A DNA stretch of 64,000 nucleotides from Octopus vulgaris (taxonomy: Eukaryota): positions 39,370,001-39,434,000 of the forward strand of contig OX597817.1 of NCBI GenBank assembly GCA_951406725.2, read 5' to 3'. The notes beneath the pieces are model-generated. The model searched no databases. It was not told the DNA's origin and worked only from the letters and a program-made list of their open reading frames with translations. The position numbers were made by a program, and so were the translations under genes. Positions 1-11,964 of this stretch are shown here, in pieces (position 1 is the first letter of the stretch; each line of letters starts with the position of its first letter).

Positions 1-407
1 ATTTTGAATTCTATTTGTTGTTCTGTGTTCGGCTTATAGTCAGACTGTATGGTTTCATTAGTAGCTTTTTCTAGACTTCTCAGTTCTCACCCCACCCACT
101 CTATCTCTATCTTGGTGTCTTCTAATGTGAACTTCGTAAACTGTCTCTTGAGGTCGTCTGAGCCGATGATAAAGCTTCTTCAACTCGTCTTGCTGTCGTT
201 GCATCTGACTTGCTCTCTAGTCTCTCATGTACTCAGCTCTTGATGTATGGCGTCTAACCACTGGATCTCCGCTCCTTCTTTATTTCATGGCTGTTTAATA
301 TATTTTATTCATATTTCAAACCTGTTAATTTTTATACCAATTTTTTTACCGTTCCTTCCTTTCTGTAACACATGCGCGTGTGCAAGAACGCTCGCACACA
401 GATTCAA

Positions 408-439
<32 letters not shown>

Positions 440-479
440 CACGTGAATGCACCACGCCACATACACGCACACGCACACA

Positions 480-895
480 GCAGTGAGCTGGCAGAAACGT
501 CAGCACGCCGGACGAAATGCTTAGCAGTATTTGGTCTGCCGTTACGTTCTGAGTTCAAATTCCGCTGAGTTCGACTTGCCTTTCATCCTTTCGGGGTCGA
601 TAAATTAAGTACCAGTTACGCACTGGGATCGATGTAATCGACTTAATCCGTTTGTCTGTCCCTGTTTGTCCCCTCTGTGTTTAGTCCCTTGTGGGTAGTA
701 AAGAAATAGGTATTGCGTCTGTCTTTACGTTTTGAGTTCAAATTCCGCCGAGGTCGACTTTGCCTTTCATCTTTTCGGGGTCCATAAATTAAGTACCAGT
801 TACGCACTGGGGTCGATGTAATCGACTTAGTCCCTGTGTCTGTCCTTGTTTGTCCCCTCTATGTTTAGCCCCTTGTGGGCAATAAAGAAATAAGA
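480..895 (+). mobile_element. tRNA-derived SINE, family M (Meta-domain-like body), with tandemly duplicated body
   Basis: Head GAGCTGGCAGAAACGTCAGCACGCCGG with B-box-like GAGTTCAAATTCC, body GTCGACTTTGCCTTTCATCCTTTCGGGGTCGATAAATTAAGTACCAG present twice, tail AATAAAGAAATA; many other copies in the window. Confidence 0.8.
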
Positions 896-1259
896 TGCAT
901 GCACACATATACACATTCTCTCTCACTGTCTCCCAAAGATTGCTTTGCTTTCTTTTTAATTCATTTCCACGTATTTTGCCAATTTGGAAGACGCGCATGC
1001 GCACACACATTACCTCTCAAATATTGGTTTACATCAATTTCCGAGAAATAAAGAGACATTCACTTTCACTTTCGACGTTCTGTCTTTATATTAATTTCTC
1101 TTCCTCGATTTCTTTTTTCACACTGATCTCTTCCTTGTTGATTCCTCCATCTTAAGTGTTTTATTATATTCGAAAATTGTAGAGAAAGATTCAGTATACA
1201 ATTACAGAGCCGTTATATGTGGGGTAGTTACGAGCACACACACACACAAATACAGTAAC

Positions 1260-1324
<65 letters not shown>

Positions 1325-1333
1325 TATATATAT

Positions 1334-1536
1334 ATACAGAACGCCATGTTAGATCGTTAGCTCCTACACGCATTTTTTTCTCTCCTTGTACTCTCCTTGT
1401 TTTTTTTCTGTGTATCTTTCTGTCGAAGAGCGTAGGCTCGAAACGTAAAAGACTTGTTCTATTTCTATTCCTGAGCGCCATACTAATACATTTGTTTATT
1501 TGTGCTTCACCTGTTTATTTTCGTAAACCTTCCCGT

Positions 1537-1539
<3 letters not shown>
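1334..1539 (+). mobile_element. Penelope-like element family A, 3' terminal (pLTR-like) fragment
   Basis: Near-identical in inverted orientation to 13776-13985, which lies downstream of a GIY-YIG C-terminal coding remnant; flanked by (TA)n and (CA)n. Confidence 0.7.
1415..1452 (+). ncRNA. Minimal type I hammerhead-ribozyme-like motif with variant core CUGUCGA
   Basis: TCTTT-CTGTCGA-A-GAGC gtag GCTC-GAAAC-GTA-AAAGA: stem I TCTTT/AAAGA, stem II GAGC/GCTC, palindromic ACGT stem III, GUA triplet. Confidence 0.55.
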
Positions 1540-1601
<62 letters not shown>

Positions 1602-1736
1602 GTATATGTATATATATGTATATGTATATATATATATAGAAAATAGTAAAAAGTGAAAAAACTACAGAAGGCTATAATCTGAATAAATTGATGTGTGTAT
1701 AAATATATATATACATATACATATATATACATATAC

Positions 1737-1831
<95 letters not shown>

Positions 1832-1964
1832 ACCTTTTAAAACAAGCCTTCTGTAGTTTTTTCACTTTTTACTATTTTCTATATATTCAACCACGTGCTT
1901 TCACATACCAACTTTCTTACCTATATATATATATATATACACATACACACGTACACACACAAAG

Positions 1965-2044
<80 letters not shown>

Positions 2045-2084
2045 TACACACGTACACACACACACGTACACACACACACACACA

Positions 2085-2399
2085 CAAAGTCCACCAAAAA
2101 ATTGTATACACACATCAATTTATTCAGGCATCACGGGATTAATGGAAGTTACCTTTGGCCTCAACAACTGCAAGAGATTCTCAAAGAAGTGGCTATTAGC
2201 TTCCAGAACTGTTGCTGCTCGGGAATTGCTGCAGAAGTCATTTCTTCCCGAAGAGCCGTCTGTATAGCCGGTTTTCTGCGATACACTTCATCATATAGGG
2301 TGACCCATAAATAAAATTTTGTAGGTGATAAACCAGGAGAACGTGCGGGAAATTCAACTGCACCTCTTCGCCCCATCCAATGTCCTTCCAAATTCTTCC
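2085..2399 (-). mobile_element. Tc1/mariner-superfamily transposon remnant (transposase C-terminus plus probable TIR)
   Basis: Translation HWMGRRGAVEFPARSPGLSPTKFYLWVTLYDEVYRRKP matches the WIGRRG..WPARSPDLTPLDF.LW motif of Tc1/mariner transposases. Confidence 0.75.
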
Positions 2400-2546
2400 A
2401 AAAAAAAAAAGACGAAAACAGGTGGTGTAAACAACAAACAGATGTATTAGTATAACGCTCGGGAAGTGAAAAAGTCTTTAACGTTTCGAGCCTATGCTCT
2501 TCCACAGAAAGGAACACAGAAAGAAACTAGGAGAGAAAATAAAGAA

Positions 2547-2547
<1 letters not shown>
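2400..2547 (-). mobile_element. Penelope-like element family A terminal fragment with hammerhead-like motif (2475-2512)
   Basis: Minus strand CTTT-CTGTGGA-A-GAGC atag GCTC-GAAAC-GTT-AAAG; similar to 1334-1539 and 13776-13985. Confidence 0.65.
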
Positions 2548-2625
<78 letters not shown>

Positions 2626-2939
2626 TTGTGTGTGTGTGAGTGTGTACACCTCGCATATCTTTGCGGTTGTTTGGCAGAATATCGAATAATCGAGTGCTTT
2701 GAAACCCAAGCTATTACAGTACTGGGTCCTGACGGAGAAGACAAGATCTTCGGCACTATGTTATAAATTTTTTTATAAACCATGGCCACCACGGCGATCA
2801 CTGTGTTTAGTGGATTAGAACAACAATATTAACAGTTACGAACAACAGTAGCTTACGACCATTATGTGAATAAAATAAAGAGAAAATACCACATAAAAGG
2901 GAAAAGTAGAACTCTATATACCATAACTGCTGTCTTACT

Positions 2940-3471
2940 GTTCCCGCCGCCACTACGACAATACTCTGACTGTTACCATCATTACCACAACTGGTACTCT
3001 CAATGTTACAACCACCACATCCCCACTTCACACCATCACAACCACTACAACGCCACATCGTCACTACTATTCTCATTGTTACCACCACGACCACCACCGC
3101 CGCCGCCGCCGCCGCATCCGCCACCACCACCACCACCACCAACACCACCAACACCACCACCAACACCACCACCACCACCACAACAACAATAACAACAACA
3201 ACAAAGGATGACTACTAACTACTTTCACGGCAGCTATTATGGCGACCATCATCATCATTATTATCATCATCATCATCATCATCATCACCATCATCATCAG
3301 CAGCGATAGTGACAGCAGCAACAGCATAACAACCATCATGAAAAATGAATAACAGTAATAACAGTACAGAAAGAAAAAATCAAGAAAAGTTTAGTGAAGG
3401 GGGAAACAACAACAACAACAGCAGCAGCAGCAGCAGCAACAACAACAACAACAACAATAATGATGATGATG

Positions 3472-3525
<54 letters not shown>
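2940..3525. repeat. Mosaic trinucleotide repeats (ACC/GCC/ACA/ATC/CAG/AAT)
   Basis: Directly visible; gives poly-P/T/N/I low-complexity ORFs in all frames. Confidence 0.9.
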
Positions 3526-4021
3526 TGGAAACTGGTAATGCAGTCATTGAATCTATCACAAAAGAATTGGTTCATGTTTTATTCAGTAACATTTAGAAAG
3601 TTTTCTCCTGCCCAGTTTTCTGTTCTCTCCCATTTTATTGTTTTGTTTCGCTTATCTTTTTTTTTTTGTTTTCCTTTGATAAACGTCTTGTTATGACAAT
3701 ATCTGCTGGCATGCTTGCAATACAAGCAACTTTCGGCCGCCAGGTGTAATTTACACGTAGACATATCAACGCATAAACAGACTTGGTGTGTTTTTGTTGT
3801 TCTTTATTCACTTGCTTTGTTGCCTGTTCAAGCAGCAGATGTTTGGGGGTAAAATATGGCGATTGCCTTTTCAGTTTATGATAAGAATTAATTAAATTCA
3901 CTCAGAGTAGGAAGGGTAACGCCCACCATCTTTTACTGGCCCTCCAAGACTGTTGAAGAGGCAGGGAACCCGTTTTTTTTTTTTTTTAGATCGAAATCCT
4001 GGCCGGGGTGCGATTTCTGAG

Positions 4022-4487
4022 TCCCAGTTATGAACTCATTTGCATACAGACAATCAGAGCTCAACCATCAAACTAATTTATGAATGCATAACAAGTGATG
4101 GGCAATAAGATAAGGCCACTTGGGTAAGGAATGACCATGTTTCTTTTTCTCTTTTAAGAATGCTTGTTGTTCTTGTTCTTGTTTCAATCGTGGCTGCCTC
4201 TGCGTAGTTATCTGTGCTGTTGTTTACTTTGTAAAACAGTAAGGGGAGAGGGTTGCTAGCACATCATCCTCTACCCACATTTTCCCCATCCACATCTTTA
4301 CCACATGGGGCCCTAACAAAATCCGATAATAGATGTAGATGCAAATCTATCTAATTACTCGTCTCCTAAAATCAGGCATAACTTGGCGATCGTTCTTGAG
4401 TCTACTAGGTAGAGTGTACTTGTTAAGTTGATAACAAGGTCAAGGTGAGCTCTGATTGGCTGTATGCAAATGAGTTCATTACTGGGA
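4022..4487. repeat. 42-bp inverted repeat pair (4022-4063 / 4446-4487) containing octamer and CCAAT motifs
   Basis: 40/42 match after reverse complementing; ATTTGCAT at 4038 and ATGCAAAT at 4464. Confidence 0.85.
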
Positions 4488-5419
4488 TCCGAAACTCTCG
4501 CGGGAAAAAAATTTCGCGGCCAGGGTGCTTGCTTCAGAGCGGACTCCGTTAAAGTCAACCAAGGACCACAAGATGGTGGTGGTAAAATATGGGACGAATT
4601 AGACTTAAGGCTATCACCCCAAAACAAGAACAGTCTTTTCCGAAGGATTTTACACAGTTTCCGTTGGTATTCTTTCGATTTATGATAACAAAATGAAAGT
4701 GGAAAATTATTGTAAGCATCATTCTGAATAAAAAAAAAAATATATTCGGAATCGTAATCTTTGAATTTTTAAACATGGAATCAAAATGAATAAATAAATT
4801 TAAAAGCACAAGAAAATTCGAGACAGTTAAAAGAAAACGATAGGGGTACAGGATGACAGAACTGAAAATTTGAAAGTCTGTTTGTTTTCTTGTTGTTGTT
4901 GTTGGGGGGGGGGGGGAGCAAAATCGCAATTACCGTTCTTGAAAACGAAAACAGGAATTCAAAGGTATCGTATTCAAGGAAGACCATCATGTGTCCTGAT
5001 ACTCTACACAATTTTTGTTTGCAATTATGAAGTTGCGATGTGACAGCCCACGCACCATTTTTCACTCTCACTATTGATTGGTGGCAGGAAAGACAACAGG
5101 TGGAGATTTGAACGTAAACAGACGTGTGTTTGGCATAACACAAAGGACAGTGAATTCAAGCAAGTCTGTGTGAGAGTTGAGGACATGCAATAATCTACTG
5201 ACAATGGGTTCTGCTCGAAAAGTTAGTCTTCTTTCCAGGCGTTACAATAATTCTATTCATTTTGTGAACTTCTTGCAGTTGCATTTGTAAACTTCTGCAA
5301 TCATCAATCGCTGATAGCGTTGCAAGGTTCCAGTCGAAACAATATACGACAGAATTTTATAAATTTCTCGCATTACTTTCCTGTATTGTAATGGAGATCA
5401 CATGCTACAGCACCTCCTC

Positions 5420-6950
5420 TCCCCTTCGCATCTTGCTTTTATTATGATCTTGTAGCAATCGACACCTACAGGGAAAATATGGACAGGAACAGAGTCCCAG
5501 AGCTCTGCAGATTTAAGGAATTTGGAATCTTGGAGGTAAAGAACCATAAAGGTGATGAGAGTTGTGACAAGTGTGGGACAGAAGGGGTAATCAGCTAGCT
5601 ATGTTTAAAGGGTCAGGAACAGCTGTAATAGGCAAACTAAAGGAACAGCGTGACTGTTGTACAATGATTATAGGGTATTGGTGATTGACTTTTTGCTTTT
5701 GAGACTGTTGTTTGTGAATCTAGCAGCAACACCGTTCTATAATGCGAGCAGTATTCAATGTGGGTGGCACTTGAGCTTTGCAGAGTGTTAAAAACTGTTC
5801 AGGTCTGAATTATTTTATAGCTCCAAAGTGGAGTATTTGCTTTCGAGACGCAGCATTATGAACAATCGTCAGAAAATAAAGCGTCGATCATTTGAAGCGA
5901 TTTTAAGACTTCAATTGTGTCTTGTTTATTCATGCATATAGAAGCTGTGGTGAAAGACTATTTGATACATGTAGGGATTGCATCGTTATCCTGCTCAAAG
6001 GGTCTTAAATGCTCGATTATCCACTGAGGGATGTTTTTATCTCTTTTATGGAAGCAGTTCAGGTCTGGTGTAAAGCATTAAGGCTGTTTATTAAATATCT
6101 GACGGGTCTGTCTTTAGAGAAAATGGCATGGTAGTCACTGAGACGGGAAAGAGACTTAAAGTGATGAATGAAATGGTTGTTTGCGACTTGTCCCATAGAT
6201 GTGGTGACAGGCTGGTAGATGGCAGCATCAGAGAGCCTAACATGTCTAATTTCTTTTGACCAATGATATTTGTTGATGGTATCATCTGAGAAGGATAGTA
6301 TGCATTCATAATGTACATCCTTAATGAGGAAAAGGAAAAAAATGTGTGGAATGAACGAATTTTAAAGTTGACCATAGTTAACACTGCGTGGGTTAAAGAA
6401 AAATTCATTGGAAAACGTTACGATGAAACAGTCGGATAGGAAACTTCTGATCCAAAACACAAGAAGCAAATGAAGTTTACAAGCAGGCAGCTTAGCAGGT
6501 GCAAGGTTTTACTAATGTTCAACACAACAACATTGTTTTTGTTGAAGTGCTTCAGAGTGAAGAACTACTGGTAAGTAACGAACTAGAACAATACTAAGAC
6601 AGATCTGTTTTTACAAGGAGTGCAATGGGGGTCAATAAGAAAGGGAAGAAACACAAGGTGATGAATAAGGTGACTGTTAGCGATTTGTTTGAAATGGTAG
6701 TTGGCAGGAGCAGAGAGGTTGTTTAACTTATTTTCTCCTAATCAATGAGAACCATCGATGGATAATAATTCCCATTGATTTATTGATGAGAACAATAAGA
6801 GCTAGTACCTCATCTGCTTACAATCACAAGGAATCGAAGCTAGTATTGCATATCAACATAACAACCACTGTTAACACAGATAAACCATTGGTTGGCCATG
6901 GACACAGCTCAATACCAGAGTTAGATTACGAACTGTCAATCTCTTGCTGG
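5420..6950 (-). mobile_element. Highly degraded LINE (CR1/L2/Jockey group) ORF2 remnant
   Basis: Minus-strand translation near 5740-5805 gives PEQFLTLCKAQVPPTL/EYCSH, matching the LLTLYKAQVRP.MEYCSH.W motif after LINE RT domains; boundaries approximate. Confidence 0.6.
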
Positions 6951-8079
6951 GTATCCGTCGGCCACTATGGCTTTCTTATAATAATGAGACCGTAAAATTT
7001 CATTTTTTTCAAACTGTTTTAATTTATGGTAATAGTGGATTTAGATTAAATATCTAGCCTCAAATGTTGTTTTTTCTTTTTGTTGATGGACATTGTCTCA
7101 TAGACATCCAATTGAAACTAATATCATTTGGCAGAGATGGAAACATATCACAGGAATAAGAAAAAAACAACAACAACACTCTAACGTGTTAACTTTTTGA
7201 TTGGTTTACCAAAAGTCATTCCACATTGCTTCTCCCAATAACTATTGATCGTCGTTTTCGTCAATAGCTCTTTCATCTAGCTTTGAGACGAATCTAATAA
7301 AAATTATATAACCAGCCTACATCTCTTTTCAATTCTCTATAGTTGTTATATTTAAAGAACCCGGTTCTTTTACCACATTTATTATTTATATAAGCAATAA
7401 AAATATGTGTAGGAGTATGCTTCTTTACCCGCCACTACTCCCCTACCCATTCATGCACACGTGTGTGTGCATATGCACGTGTGTGTTCAGTTCTAAATTT
7501 ACTTCATTTAACAAATGCTCATATATGAATCATATGTGGTTTGGCTTGTATGGTGTTACATCAGCAACCAGACATACCCCTGCAGAGTATGAAATGCGCC
7601 TGTAATATTGGCTTAACTAAGCAAACCTAATTTCTCTGCTTTGAAATCAATGCGCAACAAAATTCTCTTCAGGGATCCATAAGCCAGACATGTCTGATAT
7701 CTAGTTTATCCACAGTTTAAACCCGTCGGGTAATATTCTCAACAAAAGAATATCTTCCAATACACACATTTTTCCTTTTTCATTTTTTTTTTGGTCCTAA
7801 TTTTTTAATATGCAATATCAAAAGTTTTAACAGCAGTTTCAACTCCTGTATTCTTTCCAAGTTTATTGACTTACTTTTCTTTTTCAAATTAAATTAAACA
7901 CCAAATTTCTTTAATGCAGCACTCTCGCGCTTCTCCTCCTCTCTCTTCCTATTCTTTTTTTTTCCCAAACCCTCGTACTCATAAGGCCGGTTACCCGGTT
8001 TCTGTGGCGTATAAATAACCGAGATCACAATATTCATCCTTAACGGAACGCCAGTTCGTTGCAGGGCCCCAGGTCAACA

Positions 8080-8245
8080 ATTTTGAGGGGAGGGGGAAAA
8101 TCTATTACGTTAAGCTCAGCACTTGACCGGTACTTTATTTTATCGACACCGAAGGAATAAAAGGCGAAGTTAAAACTTCGGCAGGATTTGAACTCAGAAC
8201 ACAAAGAAACGGAAGAAATGCCACTCAGCATTTTGCCCAGCTTGC
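8080..8245 (-). mobile_element. SINE family M copy
   Basis: Reverse complement of family M head and body (GGATTTGAACTCAGAAC, AAATGCCACTCAGCATTTTGCCC). Confidence 0.7.
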
Positions 8246-8269
8246 TAACTATTTATATATATTCTTTCT

Positions 8270-8860
8270 AATTTTGACACGAGGCCAGCAATTTTAAGGG
8301 AAGGGAAAAGTCAACTACATCAACCCCAGTGCTCAACTGGTTCTTAAATCTTTTTACTTGCTTCAGTCATCTGACTGTGGCCATGCTGGAGCACCGCCTC
8401 TTAGTCGAGCAAATCGACCCCCAGTACTTATTCTTTTGTAAGCCTAGTACTTATTCTATCGGTCTCTTTGCCGAACCGCTAAGTTACGGAGACGTAAACA
8501 CACCAGCATCGGTTGTCAAACGACGTTGGGGGGACAAACACACACGCATATATATTTACATATACATATATACGACGGGCTTCTTTTCAGTTTCCGTCTA
8601 CCAAATCCACTCACAATGCTTTGGTGGGCCCGAGGCTATAGTAGAAGACACAAGGTGCCACGCAGTGGGACTGAACCCGGAACCATGTGGTTGGTAAGCA
8701 AGCTACTCACCACACAGCCACTCCTGCGCCTCTTACTTTATTGATCCTGAATACATGATAAGCAAAGTCGACAGAATTTGAACTTAGACCGTAAAGGTCC
8801 AGAAGAAATGCCGCTAAGCATTTTCCCGACGTGCCACCGCTTCTGCCAGCTTCACCACTT
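8270..8860 (-). mobile_element. SINE family M copy interrupted by a family A SINE (8348-8731)
   Basis: CCCCAGTGCTCAACTGGT before and CTTACTTTATTGATCC...GAATTTGAACTTAG after the family A copy join into one family M sequence. Confidence 0.65.
8348..8731 (-). mobile_element. tRNA-derived SINE family A (CORE-like, probably related to octopus OR2-type SINEs)
   Basis: Head GGCGCAGGAGTGGCTGTGTGGT (A box) and GGGTTCAGTCCC (B box), internal microsatellite, tail GACTGAAGCAAGTAAAAAGA. Confidence 0.85.
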
Positions 8861-9338
8861 TTAATACAACTGTGCAAACATTAACCTTTGGCTTTTCTCA
8901 AACAGGCCATTTCGCCACTTAACTTCAGTAACTTAATCTGAACTTTCAATAAGTCAGTAATATAACCCTTGGGCCAGCGACACAATACGAACTCACCTCC
9001 TTTTAATCAAGTTACTGACACCCTATCCACTTGGTCTCTTGGGTACTCAGTAAAGATTTGTTAAACGCTATAGGAAATCTACAGCACTATCGCAGACTTC
9101 TTGTTCTATACCGGGTTGTCAGATAAATTCGTTCGTTTTACCCCTCATTTATTTTAATCCTTTTTAATGTTATTTGAATTATCACGAAAAATATTTTTAC
9201 CCTTTTCTTTTCTTTTTCTTCCTGTACAACTTTTGTTTATCGCTTCTGAAGTTCGAATAATAGATTATTTCCGTGTATAATAGATTATTTTACATTTCTG
9301 CATCAATATGCATGCTATATATTATACACTTGCAAATC

Positions 9339-9459
9339 AATGCAGATATAGAAGCTAGCTTTTCAGATCACCAGAACATCATGGTTACACCAATGCTCCA
9401 ACTCTGGTATAACCATGATGTCCTGCCGATCTGAAGAGCTAGCCTTCTTTATCTGCATT
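9339..9459. other. Long imperfect hairpin (about 54-bp stem, 12-nt loop); pre-miRNA-like or MITE-derived
   Basis: 9339-9392 pairs with 9405-9459 with a few mismatches and G-U pairs; looser pairing extends to 9304/9503. Confidence 0.8.
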
Positions 9460-9507
9460 CATTTATAATTGTACAACTGCACTGTGCAATGTATAGCATA
9501 TTGTTGC

Positions 9508-9659
9508 AGGCTGTGTGGTAAGAAACTTTCATCCCAATCATATGGTTCCAGGTTCAGTCCCACTGCATGGGACCTTGGACAAGTGTCCTCTACTATAGCC
9601 TCGGGCCGACCAAAGCCTTGGGAGTAGATTCGGTAGCCGGAAACTGAAAGAAGCCTGTC

Positions 9660-9715
<56 letters not shown>

Positions 9716-9908
9716 GTGTGTTTGTCCCCCACCATCGCTTGACAACCAATGTTGGTGTGTTTACGTCCCCGTTACTTAGCGGTTCGGCGAAAGAGACCGA
9801 TAGAATAAGTACTAGGCTTACAAAGAATAAGTCCTGGGAACGATTTGTTCGACTAAAGGCGGTACTCCAGCATGGTCGCAGTCAAATGACTGAAACAAAT
9901 AAAAGAAT
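9508..9908 (+). mobile_element. SINE family A copy
   Basis: GGCTGTGTGGTAAG...GGTTCAGTCCCACTG...GACTGAAACAAATAAAAG. Confidence 0.85.
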
Positions 9909-10784
9909 ACACTGAAATTATTATTACATGTTGAAGGCTGAGAAACAGCCGTAATCTTACGGCCTTGCGGTATTTCTAACCATCTCTGTATACATCTTTT
10001 ACGATAAAGCAAAATAACCGAAATGCCAGACCAAGTACTGAAGTTAATACTATCGACTAAAACACCTAAAAGCGGTATTCCTGCATGGCCGTAATCCATT
10101 GACTGAAACTACTGAAAAAGGCTAAAAAGAAGAAACTAATAAAAAAAAATGCTCCAGAAATGTCCTTTAATTCAAATTCATCTCAAATGTAGACTAAATA
10201 GTTCTTGTCGAGCGATGAAACTGCAAGAGAGGAAGTAAACTATCTTTTGAATGATATTGTAAAGTGCATTGATTAAAGCGAGTAAATTATTCATAAAAGG
10301 AATGAAGTATATCAAGTATTACTGACAAAGAAAGATATTCGGGGTTCCCTACTGAAAAACACGGTGCGTATTATTTGTAATAATAATTCTGTAGTGTTGT
10401 GCTTCATTGAAATCTTATCAACATGTGTTTGCAACTGAAATGCGAGATCTCAACAACTTTGCGTGACTGTGAATGTTATAGTTTACACATTAGTAATTTA
10501 TTGTAGAAACATGAATCTGTTTACAAAACTGATACGTCAAAACACCTAAGTTCTGCAATGTCGAACCATTTTGACAGTAGTTAATAGTGTGACTGTAAGA
10601 TTTTAGTTAACTTTGTTTCTAGTCAGATTATCAATCTCATCACTAATCACATCACTTAACTTATTTGAAGTATGCTTTTGGAAAGATGAGTCGAGCTCTC
10701 ATTTCTAGTTCTTCAGAGATGTTGGGCTTCATGTTTCCTGGAAAAATCAACGGCAAAAATCACACGCTGGTATGATGGTGAGGT

Positions 10785-11060
10785 TCGAATGAAATTTGAA
10801 GATTTAGCTGCTGCTTCTAGTAGGTCAAACAACTATGCAAAATGCTTTCTTTCTCATTGCCCTAATAGTCAATGTGATGTTGTTGTTATTTAGCCCTAGG
10901 TCGACCCTATCTAAGCAGGACTAAAAGACATTCCAGCTTTGACCATCATAGCTGTTAGTACATCAAGGACTGCTTTGTCTAATTCACATTTATTTATGAT
11001 GGTATCATGTGATTTGAAGGAGATTTGACTGTTATTTGTAGTAGGTCTGGTAATCATAAA
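10785..11060 (-). mobile_element. Old dispersed repeat family O (SINE-like, AAC tail on minus strand)
   Basis: TTTAGCCCTAGGTC...ACATTCCAGC...GGAGATTTGACTGTTATTT motif recurs near 11800, 31905, 36050, 37240, 54075, 55960, 58070 and 59600. Confidence 0.55.
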
Positions 11061-11416
11061 ACAAACATTGTTTTTGAACTATAGATAAATCACATTCTCT
11101 TCTTGCTTGTATATAGATGTACCACCGGAGAATAATGCAGCACTCCTGTTTCATCGTTGCTTCATAAGCGATATCCGAAATCAAATATATCTGTTAAGAA
11201 TGACTGATTTAATTTATTATGGCGGGAGAGTTTCGATCTCTTCTCTGTAAAATACTAAAAATCACTTGTAACTTACACGCCAGATTTAATTTAGTAAAAG
11301 AACGAAAGAAGCCGGGTAAGTTTATTGTTTTTGTTTATCCACAGTTAAGCTATGATTTAGCTAACCTATAATTAAAGGAGTTCCAACCATGCCAATGCAA
11401 TATTTTTTTATTCTGA

Positions 11417-11795
11417 AGGCGGCGAGCTGGCAGATACGTTAGCGCGCCGGGCGAAATGCTTAGCAGTATTTCGTCTTTCGCTACGTTCTGAGTTCAAATT
11501 TCGCCGAGGTCGACTTTGCCTTTCATCCTTTCGGGGTCGATTAAATAAGTACCAGTTACACACTGGGGTCGATATAATCGACTTAATCCGTTTGTCTGTC
11601 CTTGTTTGTCCCCTCTGTGTGTAGCCCCTTGTGGGCAGTAAAGAAATAGGTATTTCGTCTGTTTTTATGTTCTGAGTTCAAATTCCGTCGAGGTCGACTT
11701 TGCTTTTCATCCTTTCGGCGTCGATAAATTAAGTACCAGTTGTGTAATGAGGTAGATCCAAAATTTCGGGCCTTGTGCCTAGAGTAGAAAAGAAT
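11417..11795 (+). mobile_element. SINE family M copy with partially duplicated body, CpG intact
   Basis: GGCGGCGAGCTGGCAGATACGTTAGCGCGCCGGGCG head; body repeated from about 11650. Confidence 0.85.
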
Positions 11796-11964
11796 ATTTT
11801 TTATTCTGACATAGCGCATCCAGGACCACATTACTTAATGAGTCCTTCTTTTAACACGGTAGGATATGATTTCATTTGGTTGCTATTTCTAGCAGGTCGA
11901 GTGACTGCGTACAGGCACCTCGTTGTCTTAGCACACAGCAAGTACAGTAATAATTTTTTTCACC

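Larger units (their letters stand above)
1235..2090. repeat. Compound (AT)n/(CA)n/(TG)n microsatellite block
   Basis: Directly visible long dinucleotide runs; explains the YI/HT/CV repeat ORFs. Confidence 0.95.

Noticed and set aside
1-290. Purine-rich minus-strand sequence that might be a degraded LINE ORF
   Set aside because: Stops in the frames checked and no diagnostic motif recognised.
247-2314. Many ORFs with YI/HT/CV dipeptide runs
   Set aside because: Translations of (AT)n, (CA)n and (TG)n microsatellites, open in several frames on both strands.
2807-3696. Poly-Pro/Thr/Asn/Ile ORFs resembling mucins or extensins
   Set aside because: Mosaic trinucleotide repeats open in all frames, with no splice or domain support.
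8329-8744. Recurring ORFs such as SVSVYQIHSQGFGRPEAIVEDTCPRCHAVGLNPEPCGW
   Set aside because: Conceptual translation of SINE family A, repeated at every copy; not a gene family.
10200-10276. Short protein-like frame FLSSDETAREEVNYLLNDIVKCID
   Set aside because: No convincing acceptor and no recognisable homology; too short to support.
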